The notes under the pieces are model-generated. The model was not told where the DNA came from. It saw only the letters and a program-made list of their open reading frames with translations, and searched no databases. This document shows positions 38,578 through 48,659 of a stretch of 64,000 nt of DNA, in pieces. The stretch lies in the IMG/VR virus record IMGVR_UViG_3300021365_000003; one strand, given 5' to 3'. Numbering within the stretch: the first letter of the stretch is position 1; each line of letters opens with the position of its first letter. The DNA comes from a virus. A program made the position numbers and the translations under genes.

Positions 38578-40164
38578 ATGAAGAACTATCAAAGCAAACA
38601 AAATCTATCTAATAGTATCTCAGAAGCAGTTCAGACTTTAGCTGAGAACGTCCAAACAACTTTAGGTCCGAGAGGACGAAATGTTATTCTTCACAAGAAG
38701 GATGCGCCACCCATCATTACGAAAGATGGTGTAACCATTTCAGAGTTTATTGAGTTTGAAGATCCATTCCAAAACTCGGCAGCACAGATTGTAAAACAGG
38801 CTGCTCGTAAAACTGCGCAGAATGCTGGTGATGGAACTACAACAACAACAGTTCTAGCAAACGCAATCTATCAGCAAGCACGCCGACACGTTCTTGCTGG
38901 AACAGCGCCCATTGAGATCAAACGTGGTCTAGACAAAGTGGCCGCAGCGATTGTTGATGAGTTAGAAGAAAACAAGCGACCTGTTGAGAGCTTGGAAGAC
39001 GTAAGGCACATCGCAACCATCTCTGCTAATAACGATAGTGTGATTGGCGACATTGTTGCAACTGCAATTGATAAGGCTGGAAACGATGGATCAGTCCAAA
39101 TTGAAGAAGCTCGTTCAGTTGATACAACTGTCGACATCCTAGAAGGCTTCCGTTTTGACTCTGGGTTTGTTTCTCCAGCATTCATTACAAACGAAAGAGC
39201 AGGGACTTGCAACTATGAGAATGCCCTGATTTTGGTTGCTGATGAGAAGATCGATACAGTCGAACAAATCTTTCCAGTGCTTGAGTTGGTCGCTAGAGAA
39301 GGAAGGCCACTAGTTATTGTTGCCGATCAGATTGACGGACAGGCTCTTGCTGCGCTTATTATGAACTCGCAGCGAGGCACAATGAAAGTGGTTGCCGTAA
39401 AAGCACCAAGATACGGAGAAGAAAGAAAGAACATTCTTAAGGACTTAGCCGCATCAACAGGCGCAACCTTGGCTTCTGTTGATGCTGGAGTGCTCGTGAA
39501 AGATCTAGCTTTGAAAGATCTGGGCCTCTGTAAGTCTATTAGCATTGGTCGTGCTCAAACTGTCGTTGTCGGCGGAAAAGGAGATCTAGAAGATGTACAG
39601 GAACGTATTGACACCCTTAAAAACGAAATTGCGCTATGCGATGACATGGTTCTTTGTGAAAGAATCCAGGAAAGAATTACTCGCCTTGCTTCTGGCGTTG
39701 CTATTATTCGTGTTGGTGCTTCAACAGAAGTAGAAATGACCGAGAAAAAGCACCGCATTGAAGATGCCCTAGAAGCAGTCAGCGCAGCGCAGGCTGAAGG
39801 AATCATTGCTGGTGGGGGTTCTACCCTTTATCGTATTGGTCGCCGTCTGGGTAGTCGTGAATCACTTGGTTACGATGACTGGGAGATGGATCATCCGGAT
39901 CAAAGAACCGCAGTGGCTATTATGAGAGAAGCAACAAAAGCTCCTTTACAGATTATGTGTGATAATGCTGGAGAGTCCTTTGATTTGATCAGTAGGCAGC
40001 TCCATCAGGAAGGCCGTTCTTGGGACTTTACAAAGGAAGGAGTTGTTGATGCTTATGAAACAGGCATCCTCGATCCGGTCAAGGTTACAAAAAATGCTGT
40101 CTTGAACGCAGTTTCTGTTGCCGGCACACTAATTACTACAGACTATGCTATTGTAGAGGGCTAA
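38578..40164 (+). CDS. groEL: Chaperonin GroEL
   Basis: TLGPRGRNV, ITKDGVT, AGDGTTT, KAP.YG, EKKHRIEDAL and GILDP.KV motifs. Confidence 0.96.
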   Translation: MKNYQSKQNLSNSISEAVQTLAENVQTTLGPRGRNVILHKKDAPPIITKDGVTISEFIEFEDPFQNSAAQIVKQAARKTAQNAGDGTTTTTVLANAIYQQARRHVLAGTAPIEIKRGLDKVAAAIVDELEENKRPVESLEDVRHIATISANNDSVIGDIVATAIDKAGNDGSVQIEEARSVDTTVDILEGFRFDSGFVSPAFITNERAGTCNYENALILVADEKIDTVEQIFPVLELVAREGRPLVIVADQIDGQALAALIMNSQRGTMKVVAVKAPRYGEERKNILKDLAASTGATLASVDAGVLVKDLALKDLGLCKSISIGRAQTVVVGGKGDLEDVQERIDTLKNEIALCDDMVLCERIQERITRLASGVAIIRVGASTEVEMTEKKHRIEDALEAVSAAQAEGIIAGGGSTLYRIGRRLGSRESLGYDDWEMDHPDQRTAVAIMREATKAPLQIMCDNAGESFDLISRQLHQEGRSWDFTKEGVVDAYETGILDPVKVTKNAVLNAVSVAGTLITTDYAIVEG

Positions 40165-40166
40165 CT

Positions 40167-40967
40167 GTGCTTCATTCCATCTTTCGAAAACTGTTAACTG
40201 AAGACAAGCGTTCCACCGAAACAGGATACAAAAATGAAAACAAGATTGAATCTTACTTTTCACAGTATCTTGTTCAGGACGGGACAGCAAAGAATGATCG
40301 AGTAAAGTCCGACATTGTGATTGAAGTTCCGGGCCACCAAGACCCAATTGGAATTGAAGTAAAGACAACGTTAGATACAGAGTTCGGTCAATTAACAGTC
40401 GGCTACGACACAGAAAGAGAACGATGGGTGATCCACAACTCGAACTTTAACAAAGACAAGAGTAAAGAAAATAAAAAGTATATGGACCGGTTCTTTGTAA
40501 AGTATCTTCAACCATACCTAAAAGATCTTAAACCTCCCGCAGGATCAAACAACATCCTAAAGAAAAGAGGAGAGCGAGATCAAATAGTTGTTGGGCTTTA
40601 CAAGGAACCGGGGCATAAGAAAACACTTGAGGCAATGCAGAATTCTTGGTTTGGAGAAGGCAAGGAACACAGAATAGAGTTATCCCCAGCCATTCTACAA
40701 AAGTATTATAACACCAAGGGAGATGATCTAATCCAGATCAACGGCTTGGGCTTGTATAAATTATCTGACCGCTTTGATATAGCCATTCCCTACTTTAGTG
40801 AATTGGTGTTCAGAGCGGATGCAAAGTTTCATATCAAAAACCACGGCGATTCTTTTACTTTCAACATTGCTTTTCGTGCTGATGATTTAGATCAGGACAG
40901 AAGCAAAATGTCAAGATTGGATATATCAAAAAAAGAAGACGCAAATAAACTTATTAAAGAAATCTAG
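40167..40967 (+). CDS. Hypothetical protein with a PD-(D/E)xK-like motif
   Basis: G...E...KSDIV...IEVKT; YY..KG...IQI.G.GLY is shared with 46740..47567. Confidence 0.55.
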   Translation: MLHSIFRKLLTEDKRSTETGYKNENKIESYFSQYLVQDGTAKNDRVKSDIVIEVPGHQDPIGIEVKTTLDTEFGQLTVGYDTERERWVIHNSNFNKDKSKENKKYMDRFFVKYLQPYLKDLKPPAGSNNILKKRGERDQIVVGLYKEPGHKKTLEAMQNSWFGEGKEHRIELSPAILQKYYNTKGDDLIQINGLGLYKLSDRFDIAIPYFSELVFRADAKFHIKNHGDSFTFNIAFRADDLDQDRSKMSRLDISKKEDANKLIKEI

Positions 40968-40978
40968 GAGATAAAGTT

Positions 40979-41272
40979 GTGCCACAGGAACAGTTTGAAG
41001 TTACGGTAACTAAGTTAGATGGGAAGATTGATCGGCTAACAGACACGATTGAGTCAATTAGATTTGCTCAAACGGATATGTATGAAAAGGTCACGAACAT
41101 TGAAAAAGCAATCTACAATCCAGATGAAGGGCTTTATGCTCGCCTCAAAGAGCAAGAGTCAGATCTTGAAGATTTAAAAGAGTTTAAAGCAAACATTACA
41201 AAGTTTCTTTGGATTATTACTTCGGGCATGACTGGCATCCTTATAAAATTTGGCTTTGATTTATCCGGATAG
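40979..41272 (+). CDS. Coiled-coil protein with a C-terminal membrane anchor
   Basis: GTG start with SD AGGAG; hydrophobic C-terminus. Confidence 0.6.
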   Translation: MPQEQFEVTVTKLDGKIDRLTDTIESIRFAQTDMYEKVTNIEKAIYNPDEGLYARLKEQESDLEDLKEFKANITKFLWIITSGMTGILIKFGFDLSG

Positions 41273-41275
41273 TGC

Positions 41276-41303
41276 TTGACAAAAAGAGCTGATGTGTTAT
41301 AAT
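41276..41303 (+). promoter_or_regulatory. Sigma70-type promoter
   Basis: TTGACA-16 nt-TATAAT. Confidence 0.7.
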
Positions 41304-41367
41304 GAAACCATAGTCAAGCGGCTGTGGTTTTTCATTTGGCGCAAAGCAAACTAAGGGAGACAAACAA

Positions 41368-41718
41368 ATGAGAGTTAATTTACAATACTCTATTGAATTA
41401 GAGGACGTCTTTAAAGAACTGACTTTACTTCACGTGAGAAAGAACGAAGCTGTGTTACAACAGATTTTTACCAATTCTCAAACGCTTGAAACAAAACTAG
41501 GGGAGGAGAGCCTCAAGGGCTCGTTAAAACAAATAGAGATACTAAGAACCCAGCTGGCGCATTTTGACTCAACTTTGGCTGACATTGGAGCAATGTTAGA
41601 AGGTTATGAAATGGTTGTAGCGCAGCAGGTATTACAAAAACAAACAGAGGAAACAAATGAGCAACTTAGTGAAACTAACGAGAGTGGAGAAGGTGGGCAA
41701 GAACTTCAGCCTGAGTGA
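41368..41718 (+). CDS. Hypothetical protein
   Basis: 116 aa; SD GGAG. Confidence 0.65.
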   Translation: MRVNLQYSIELEDVFKELTLLHVRKNEAVLQQIFTNSQTLETKLGEESLKGSLKQIEILRTQLAHFDSTLADIGAMLEGYEMVVAQQVLQKQTEETNEQLSETNESGEGGQELQPE

Positions 41719-41938
41719 AGTATACGTCAATCCTGAATCAGTTTCTTACGTAATGGAGAATGTGCTCCTAAAAAGAAATCTGAACGAATCTAAAGAAGCT
41801 TGGCCGGATGATGTATCACAGATGCATCGCTTTTCAACAATTCACATAAATGGCCACACTCCCATCAATGTAGTTGGAGATCCAGCACTCGTTGAACAAA
41901 AGATCTTTGAGTCAAACAAACAACTACTCAAGGGGTAG
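41657..41938 (+). CDS. Hypothetical protein
   Basis: 93 aa; SD GAGG. Confidence 0.6.
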   Translation: MSNLVKLTRVEKVGKNFSLSEVYVNPESVSYVMENVLLKRNLNESKEAWPDDVSQMHRFSTIHINGHTPINVVGDPALVEQKIFESNKQLLKG

Positions 41939-42023
41939 AATGGTAATAAATATTTGACACCATTATAAAAGTGCATATATTTATACCCAATTAACATCTT
42001 AAACAAAATTAAAGGAGAAAAAA

Positions 42024-42422
42024 ATGTTAAGAACAGCATACACAAGGCACGACCGACTACTTGATTCATTATTTGGAAATAACTGGTCAGCCAGACGACC
42101 GGCACACATGCGTGCACAATTATCTGCGAATACTGAAAACAATGCTTATCGGATTCAAAGAGAGGAAGGGCAGTGCACAATCGTGGTTCCACTTCCAGGT
42201 GCAAAACGAGAGGACATCAATGTTTCTCTTGACGGAAACATCCTAGCTATCTCTTGCAAGTCAGAACTAGGCTTTGGGTTTGAGGATTTCGACACAACTT
42301 TTAGAACGACCGAAGGCACTTCTGAAAGCCACATCCAAGCATCCTATGAAGATGGAATTCTACGTGTTGTTGTAAAGGAGCCAGAAGTTCAGATTACAAC
42401 AAAACAAATCCCAGTCAGCTAA
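42024..42422 (+). CDS. Small heat-shock protein (Hsp20)
   Basis: LPG.KREDINV.L.GN.L.I, I.ASYEDGIL.V and C-terminal IPV. Confidence 0.88.
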   Translation: MLRTAYTRHDRLLDSLFGNNWSARRPAHMRAQLSANTENNAYRIQREEGQCTIVVPLPGAKREDINVSLDGNILAISCKSELGFGFEDFDTTFRTTEGTSESHIQASYEDGILRVVVKEPEVQITTKQIPVS

Positions 42423-42440
42423 AAAGGCTGAGTCTAAGAG

Positions 42441-42467
42441 AAAAGCAGTCAAACGACTGCTTTTTTT
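42441..42467 (+). terminator. Rho-independent terminator
   Basis: AAAAGCAGTC-AAAC-GACTGCTTTTTTT. Confidence 0.85.
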
Positions 42468-42525
42468 ATTGTTTTTTTGTTCATGCATGACTATTTATGT
42501 TAGATCGTAAAAAAAGGTAAAATAA

Positions 42526-44229
42526 ATGAGTGAAAATTTCAATGAGAAATGGCGTACTTTTGTTTCCAATGACAAAGACAAAGAAGAAGTTGTTGATACT
42601 TCTCTTTTGTTTGAAAATTTAGAAAAAGAAATAAACAAATTTGACATTCTTATCAACGAAATGTCAAAAATAGACTTATCAACACCAAGAGTTATAGAGG
42701 GTCGCTCCGTTCTATCTGAAGAGAGGAGATCATTAACCTTCTCAGATCTTCCAGACATTCCCATATCAGAAATTGGCTGGTCTTCCATGGTCACGACAGA
42801 GGAAGGGAAAGAAGTACCTTCTCAGCAGCGCCAGCAACTAGAGCAGTTCTTAAAAAACATTGATGGGGCAACACTAGAAGCCAAGGTGGCGTCACTATCT
42901 AACTTCTATAAAATGGGCGACTCTGTTAAAAATAAACTAGCCGGCGCTCAATCATCCTCAAAAGCAATCGCAGAAGCTATTTCTTATTTGACCTTCTTTA
43001 AAACTTTGACTCAGGTTATAACAAGTTTTAACGCTTCGGCGGCTGGTTTTACTTTTGAATCTTTCTTAGCTGTTTTGCTTGGTGGCTCACAGATTGCAAC
43101 TGGCGCCGGTACAATTGCTGATTTTAGAACAGGACAAGGAGAGCCGGTGTCTCTCAAGCTTTATAAAGAAGGCAGCCTAGAAGTGGCTGGATCCTATAGG
43201 GACCTTGTGAATGATCTTCTTAAAGATGGTAAGATGAGATATATTTGTGTCACTAAGAATTTAAGTGGTCCAGCCGGCATACAAGAAGGCAGTTTGAGGT
43301 TCTATTCATTTAATTTTACTCTAGAAAACTTATATAACATTTTTGGCAATTCTGGGCAAAAAGACTCTAGCGACTGCATGCTACTTCCTGCTTCGTTTAT
43401 AAAAACAGGCGGAAAAGACATCAGCGCTCTAAGCTTGTCAAAGAAAAAACAATTTCCTTCAGCAGAAGAAGTTAACAAAATGTTTGTTGAAAAGTTTAAA
43501 GAACAAGCTTCATCTTCTTTAGGCCTTACAGATCAAGAGATAGAAGAGGCCTTGCGTAAAATCGATTTTGCCAACAATGATGATCTATACAATACAAACA
43601 AAGTAAGAGGAAAAAACAAATTTAAATCGTCCAATAGACTATCCTTTTTGCAAATCAACACAGAAACAGACGGTGAGTCGGTCACTCTGGGGTTAGCACC
43701 CTTGGCCAATGATGTTAACAATGCAATAATAGCAGACCTTAAAACTTCTACAGGCAGATCAGAGGAAGAAAGAGCGAAAATAAGCAAAGAATACTTTAGT
43801 GGCGATAAAAAGATTCAAGTAAAGAGATCACAAGATTTTTATCAAAAAGCAAATGATGAGCTTAAGAAAAAGTGCTTGCAAGTTTCTTATGGCTATAGCA
43901 GCAATAAACAGTTTAAATTAAGTGAAAAAATGATTCAGAACATTGTTGGCCTGAGCCAGCCAACCACCCAAGGCGTCTTATCAGGAGGGCAATCCCAGGT
44001 TGGTATTGGTTCTATAGAAATAGGATCAACAAAAATTTCAGAAGTTCTTAAACAAGTATCAGAAGTGTTGAATGAAAACATATTTGACATCTTCAATAAC
44101 CTCAAAGCTCTAACAACTAACATTCAAGGCTATTTTGCTGGTGGTTTGGAAGACGATGCAAAAGCGTCCGCAGCTCAAAAAAATGCTGATAACATTGAAA
44201 AGAAAACGGGCGAACTAAAGGATAAATAA
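42526..44229 (+). CDS. Large hypothetical protein (possible late/virion protein)
   Basis: 567 aa; ACTATTTA upstream; contains AGFTFE...IADF...SLK, which resembles a nuclease motif. Confidence 0.7.
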   Translation: MSENFNEKWRTFVSNDKDKEEVVDTSLLFENLEKEINKFDILINEMSKIDLSTPRVIEGRSVLSEERRSLTFSDLPDIPISEIGWSSMVTTEEGKEVPSQQRQQLEQFLKNIDGATLEAKVASLSNFYKMGDSVKNKLAGAQSSSKAIAEAISYLTFFKTLTQVITSFNASAAGFTFESFLAVLLGGSQIATGAGTIADFRTGQGEPVSLKLYKEGSLEVAGSYRDLVNDLLKDGKMRYICVTKNLSGPAGIQEGSLRFYSFNFTLENLYNIFGNSGQKDSSDCMLLPASFIKTGGKDISALSLSKKKQFPSAEEVNKMFVEKFKEQASSSLGLTDQEIEEALRKIDFANNDDLYNTNKVRGKNKFKSSNRLSFLQINTETDGESVTLGLAPLANDVNNAIIADLKTSTGRSEEERAKISKEYFSGDKKIQVKRSQDFYQKANDELKKKCLQVSYGYSSNKQFKLSEKMIQNIVGLSQPTTQGVLSGGQSQVGIGSIEIGSTKISEVLKQVSEVLNENIFDIFNNLKALTTNIQGYFAGGLEDDAKASAAQKNADNIEKKTGELKDK

Positions 44230-44232
44230 TAA

Positions 44233-45321
44233 ATGACTGAACAAGATCTTATTTCTCTTATTGAGGAAATCATAGAAGAAAAGAAAGAAGACCGCTGCAC
44301 TCGTATCGCAAAGCGTAAATACGATGTTTGGCCTTCTGCTTATGCTTCCGGTGCTGTTGTAAGATGCCGCAAGGGGAAGATCTGGAAAGGCCTCAAAGAA
44401 GAAGAGTTAGCAGAGCTTTCCGAAGAAGAACTTTTAGAGATCTTGGCCGAAGAAGAAGATGAACCGCTTGACGAAAAGAAAAGAAAACTAACCAAAAAGC
44501 CTTCATCAGAAACTTCACTTCGAGATTGGTTTGGCCGAAAGGGTGCCCCAGGCAAAAAAGGCGGTTGGGTTGACTGTAATGCCCCGATCAGGAAAGACGG
44601 TAAGATCACAGGTTATAAGAGTTGCGGTCGCCAAGAAGGTGAGAAAAGATCTAAATACCCTGCTTGCCGCCCCACAAAGGCTGCATGTAAGGACAAAGGG
44701 AACTGGGGAAAGAAGGCAAAGAAGAAGAATGAATCAATGGAAAACATAGAAGAACAAATCTTATTAGAGGTAATGCAACTTCTTGAGTCAACAAACATCT
44801 CAGAAGGATTGCAATACCACATAGATAACAAAATACCCCTAACAGAGGTTGTCTATAGACCGCTCTCAGAGGGCTTTATGAGCCTTATGAAAGAAGCCCG
44901 CAACCTATACTCCCTTGGACTGTATGAAGCCCTCACAGAGGAAGAGAAGGACATTCTGGAGAGTGATTTAGGTGACGTTGGTGTATACGAAGGGCAAGAA
45001 GTCCCGCTTGGTATACCGATGCTCGAAGAACAAGAGTTAGACGAAGCCGATTATAAAGGCAAGGAAGTAGAATTAGGGAAGCCAAAGAAAGGCGGCTCAA
45101 AAAAATACTATGTTTATGTAAGGAATCCAAAAACAGGAAACGTCAAGAAAGTATCATACGGTTCTCCTGATATGAAATCTAACTGGAATGACCCAGAAGC
45201 TAGAAAGTCTTTTGCTGCTAGACATAAATGTGCTGAGAAGAAAGACAAAACATCTCCGGGATATTGGTCGTGCCGGAGTCATAGGCACTTTGGCAAAAAC
45301 GTTTCGGGAACATACTGGTAA
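44233..45321 (+). CDS. Multi-module basic/Cys-containing phage protein
   Basis: WPSAYASG, LRDWF..WVD, KYPACRP and ARKSFAARH.C...YWSC modules separated by Glu-rich linkers. Confidence 0.75.
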   Translation: MTEQDLISLIEEIIEEKKEDRCTRIAKRKYDVWPSAYASGAVVRCRKGKIWKGLKEEELAELSEEELLEILAEEEDEPLDEKKRKLTKKPSSETSLRDWFGRKGAPGKKGGWVDCNAPIRKDGKITGYKSCGRQEGEKRSKYPACRPTKAACKDKGNWGKKAKKKNESMENIEEQILLEVMQLLESTNISEGLQYHIDNKIPLTEVVYRPLSEGFMSLMKEARNLYSLGLYEALTEEEKDILESDLGDVGVYEGQEVPLGIPMLEEQELDEADYKGKEVELGKPKKGGSKKYYVYVRNPKTGNVKKVSYGSPDMKSNWNDPEARKSFAARHKCAEKKDKTSPGYWSCRSHRHFGKNVSGTYW

Positions 45322-45340
45322 GAAATAAAAGGAAACTAAA

Positions 45341-45982
45341 ATGAGCAAGCCCTATAAAGATAAGATAATTTCTGAAAATAAGCGCATTCGACTTTTCGAG
45401 CATGCCACTATCGATAAAAACGATCTAGAATGGCACCGTGATAAAGAAAGTCGCTTGGTTGAGGTTATTGAGGCAAATGGTTGGAAGTTCCAGTACGACG
45501 ATGAGCTTCCTGTTGCGCTCAATGAAGGCGATCAACTGTTTATCCCTAAAGAAGAATTTCACCGAACCATCAAAGGTCACGGTGATTTGGTTGTTGAAAT
45601 CACAGAAAACCCTTCACAAAAAGCAATCCAAGAAGCAAAAGGCTCAACAAAAGGATATATTTACGAAGTTGTGGTAAGAATGGTTACAGATCGAAACAGA
45701 AACAAGTCAGAGATTGTCAATGACCTTCGTTCGATCAAGGATGTAACAGTTGTTTCTATCATCCCAGGGCAGGACTTCAAGCTACAAAAAGGAGTAGCAA
45801 GGGAGAAGACCCTAATCAAAATCAAATTCACCCCTGGCGCTTCTCCTGTAAAGAAAATGCAACAAATAAAAGGGGCAGCGTTCGGAAGGTCTTCTGACGG
45901 AGGCTGTTCTCATCCAAAGATCCAAGGTTTGATCGAGCTAGACTTTAAAAGAGAAACACTCAAACCAATCCGAACTTACTAA
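45341..45982 (+). CDS. Hypothetical protein with an N-terminal cupin-like domain
   Basis: LEWHRD...GWKFQ.D..LP..L..GD.LFIP...FHR. Confidence 0.6.
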   Translation: MSKPYKDKIISENKRIRLFEHATIDKNDLEWHRDKESRLVEVIEANGWKFQYDDELPVALNEGDQLFIPKEEFHRTIKGHGDLVVEITENPSQKAIQEAKGSTKGYIYEVVVRMVTDRNRNKSEIVNDLRSIKDVTVVSIIPGQDFKLQKGVAREKTLIKIKFTPGASPVKKMQQIKGAAFGRSSDGGCSHPKIQGLIELDFKRETLKPIRTY

Positions 45983-45993
45983 AGGAAAGCAAA

Positions 45994-46587
45994 ATGAAAG
46001 ACCAACCGACTGTAAGCTTTGACTTTGATAGCACAATCCTAAAAAATGAATGGGATGAAGAAGAAGGAATGGATGTTCCGGTAGGTTTAGACCCAATAAC
46101 AGCAGACCTTATCAAAAAAGAGCGCAATGCTGGTAATAAGGTTGTTATTGTAACTTCACGATACGGTCCAAAACCAGCCTTTGGTCGTGATAATGAAGAT
46201 TTGTTTGAGATTGCCTACGATCTAAGTATTGAGGACGTTTATTTTACTAACGGCGAAGATAAAGTGAAAACTCTTCTTGACTTGAACGTTATAAGGCACT
46301 ATGATGATGATCCTCATGAACACAAAGCAATAAAGGACAAGAAAGCAAAAATTGAGTTGCCAACAATGTTCTTGAGGGAAAGCAAAAAAGAGCCGGCTAT
46401 TAAGATCTTGATAAGGAAACTAGTGCTACAAGAGCTAGAAGCCTATCAAAAGAAAATACAGAAAGGCTATGTAAAGAAACGAAATAAGTATCTTACGACT
46501 GGGCCACAACCCGCTGGCGCACCTTATAACAAAAAGCCAAAACAAACCCGCTCAAAATCAGCACCCCCTGGATTTGGTGGTAGCTAG
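45994..46587 (+). CDS. HAD-superfamily hydrolase-like protein
   Basis: SFDFDSTI, IVTSR, a conserved K and HYDD motifs. Confidence 0.7.
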   Translation: MKDQPTVSFDFDSTILKNEWDEEEGMDVPVGLDPITADLIKKERNAGNKVVIVTSRYGPKPAFGRDNEDLFEIAYDLSIEDVYFTNGEDKVKTLLDLNVIRHYDDDPHEHKAIKDKKAKIELPTMFLRESKKEPAIKILIRKLVLQELEAYQKKIQKGYVKKRNKYLTTGPQPAGAPYNKKPKQTRSKSAPPGFGGS

Positions 46588-46630
46588 TTTGAAACAAAAC
46601 GCACTCCCCCCGGCGTTTTTTCATTTTTAT

Positions 46631-46660
46631 GTGGATAAGATCCTCGCCTCGATCGTCTAA
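46631..46660 (+). repeat. 30-bp element, copy 5
   Basis: GTGGATAAGATCCTCGCCTCGATCGTCTAA. Confidence 0.92.
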
Positions 46661-46739
46661 CTTATGAGGCCGGCGAGCAGCCAAATTCACTAATCGTTTC
46701 GCAGACCCGAATAAACAAGCAAAAGGAACTATTTACAGT

Positions 46740-47567
46740 ATGAAGCACCATAAACTTATAATGGAAAACTGGAGAGGCTTTATCAACGAAGGCACAATCG
46801 AAGAGTCTTCAAACCAAAGAGGCTTTGAGTACGAGAATGAAGTCATTGCAGCTTTGAATGCGGTAGGCGCTTCGGGAGATATCACATCAGGAGCAGGGGC
46901 ATCTGCTGCTGCTGCCGATGCGGACATCAAGATAGGAGATCAGATCTACAAAATTGAAGTAAAACTTGATAAAGATGCGCAGATGGGCGGAACATCACTG
47001 CGTTATTATCCCGATCGGACAGAGGGCGGAAAGTACTTTGATATTGTTTGCAAATCTGTTGAAGAAGATACAATCGACATCATGGAGGAATCTTTAACAC
47101 CAATCATTCCGGATCTAGATAAGTTTTTAGAGTTTGTCGGCGTTAGCAAGCTCCCGGCAACAATAGAAAAAGATAAATGGGTTGAAGCAGTGGCTCTTGG
47201 TTTGCTTAAGCCTTTGAACGTAAAGATCAAGAGAACAACAAGGTTCATCACCAACCACTATAAGAAAAAAGGAATTGACTATATCCAAATTGGCGGATCT
47301 GGCCTTTTCTACCTTGGTGAAAATCCAGCAAATTTGCCAGTTCCAAAACTAGAAGGTGATATCAATATTGAGCTTCGACCTGGAAGATCTGGATCGAAAA
47401 CAAGAAAAGATGGAACAAGTGTCGTTGGTGCGGGAATTCGTGTACAGGGAAGGTTACAATTTAAAGGATCATCGCCTTATACACTAGACGATCCAGAGAG
47501 CGTAAGGAAAATGCTTGCGACCAAAGAGATAGAACAAAATGATCAAGATAACAATCAAGAACAATAA
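46740..47567 (+). CDS. Hypothetical protein with a PD-(D/E)xK-like motif
   Basis: RGFEYE...ADADI...KIEVK; paralog-like to 40167. Confidence 0.6.
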   Translation: MKHHKLIMENWRGFINEGTIEESSNQRGFEYENEVIAALNAVGASGDITSGAGASAAAADADIKIGDQIYKIEVKLDKDAQMGGTSLRYYPDRTEGGKYFDIVCKSVEEDTIDIMEESLTPIIPDLDKFLEFVGVSKLPATIEKDKWVEAVALGLLKPLNVKIKRTTRFITNHYKKKGIDYIQIGGSGLFYLGENPANLPVPKLEGDINIELRPGRSGSKTRKDGTSVVGAGIRVQGRLQFKGSSPYTLDDPESVRKMLATKEIEQNDQDNNQEQ

Positions 47568-47958
47568 AGCAGCTCTATCTTGTCCTGAGCCAACACAGGA
47601 CTTAGAACTAAACACAAAAAACAGAAACGCTGCGATCAAGGCAGACTATATCAAGTATGGTCCGCTAAACCTTGAAGATAAAGAATATTGGAAAGGACTT
47701 GCTGATCATTGGAACACAACAGAAGAGGTGGCAAAAGAAAGCCTTTGTGGGAACTGTGTTGCATTTGACATCTCACAAAGAATGTTAGAATGTATGCCTG
47801 GACCAACCTCAGAGCCTGTTGAAGATAAAGAAGGCCATTTAGGTTATTGTTGGATGCATTCTTTCAAATGCCACAGTGCGAGATCGTGTATGACTTGGGC
47901 TGCTGGTGGTCCAATAACAAAAGACAGCGTTTCTTATGAGTGGCAGAACAAGAAATAA
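47539..47958 (+). CDS. Cys-rich hypothetical protein
   Basis: CGNC..F and GYCW...FKC...RSC..W pattern. Confidence 0.65.
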   Translation: MIKITIKNNKAALSCPEPTQDLELNTKNRNAAIKADYIKYGPLNLEDKEYWKGLADHWNTTEEVAKESLCGNCVAFDISQRMLECMPGPTSEPVEDKEGHLGYCWMHSFKCHSARSCMTWAAGGPITKDSVSYEWQNKK

Positions 47959-47972
47959 ATAAAACAAAACGC

Positions 47973-48000
47973 TTGACTTTCGCTCAGAATACAGTATAAT
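47973..48000 (+). promoter_or_regulatory. Sigma70-type promoter
   Basis: TTGACT-16 nt-TATAAT. Confidence 0.65.
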
Positions 48001-48032
48001 AGTATAACACTTGAAACACGGAGAGTTGTACT

Positions 48033-48257
48033 ATGAACCCCTTACAAACGGCAGCAGTTGCACATTTTGAGGCAGTGCGAACACGAGCGCTAGCAAATCT
48101 ACAAGTTTGCTTATCCAGCCCTGTTGGAGTTGGAAGCCACACAGACATTGTTGATGACATAGTAGATTTTATCAATGATGTCGCAAATGCTGAAGCCGGC
48201 CTAGAAATTCTTTCACGAGTTGTGGAAGATGATCCAGTTGGATCAGAAGAAGAATAA
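48033..48257 (+). CDS. Small hypothetical protein
   Basis: PVGVG.H.DIVD motif; SD GGAG. Confidence 0.65.
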   Translation: MNPLQTAAVAHFEAVRTRALANLQVCLSSPVGVGSHTDIVDDIVDFINDVANAEAGLEILSRVVEDDPVGSEEE

Positions 48258-48281
48258 ACCGATACTAACAAAGGAGAAAAA

Positions 48282-48659
48282 ATGAAAAACATTATGTATC
48301 AAACAATCGCTCTTGCTCTTGGAACAATCCTTATTATGGGATGCTCGGAAGAGGAAGAAACACCCCCAACTGATGACACTGGCGCTGCTGATGTTATTAG
48401 CGACGCTGAAGGATCAGGAGATGTGCCTGAAACCGACACTGTTGAAGATACCGTTGAGGATACAGTAGCCGATACTGTTGAAGACAGTGTTGAGGACGCA
48501 GTAACCGATTCGGCGGAAGATACCGTTGGAGACACAGTAGTCGATACTGATGAAACTGATGTAGAGGATGACTCCGGTTCGTCGTCTGATAGTGATGACG
48601 GATCTGATACTGATGAAACCGATGTAGAGGATGATGATGGATCTGATTCTGATGAGTAA
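48282..48659 (+). CDS. Acidic low-complexity lipoprotein
   Basis: Lipobox-like ILIMGC followed by DTVE/DTDETDVEDD repeats. Confidence 0.7.
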   Translation: MKNIMYQTIALALGTILIMGCSEEEETPPTDDTGAADVISDAEGSGDVPETDTVEDTVEDTVADTVEDSVEDAVTDSAEDTVGDTVVDTDETDVEDDSGSSSDSDDGSDTDETDVEDDDGSDSDE

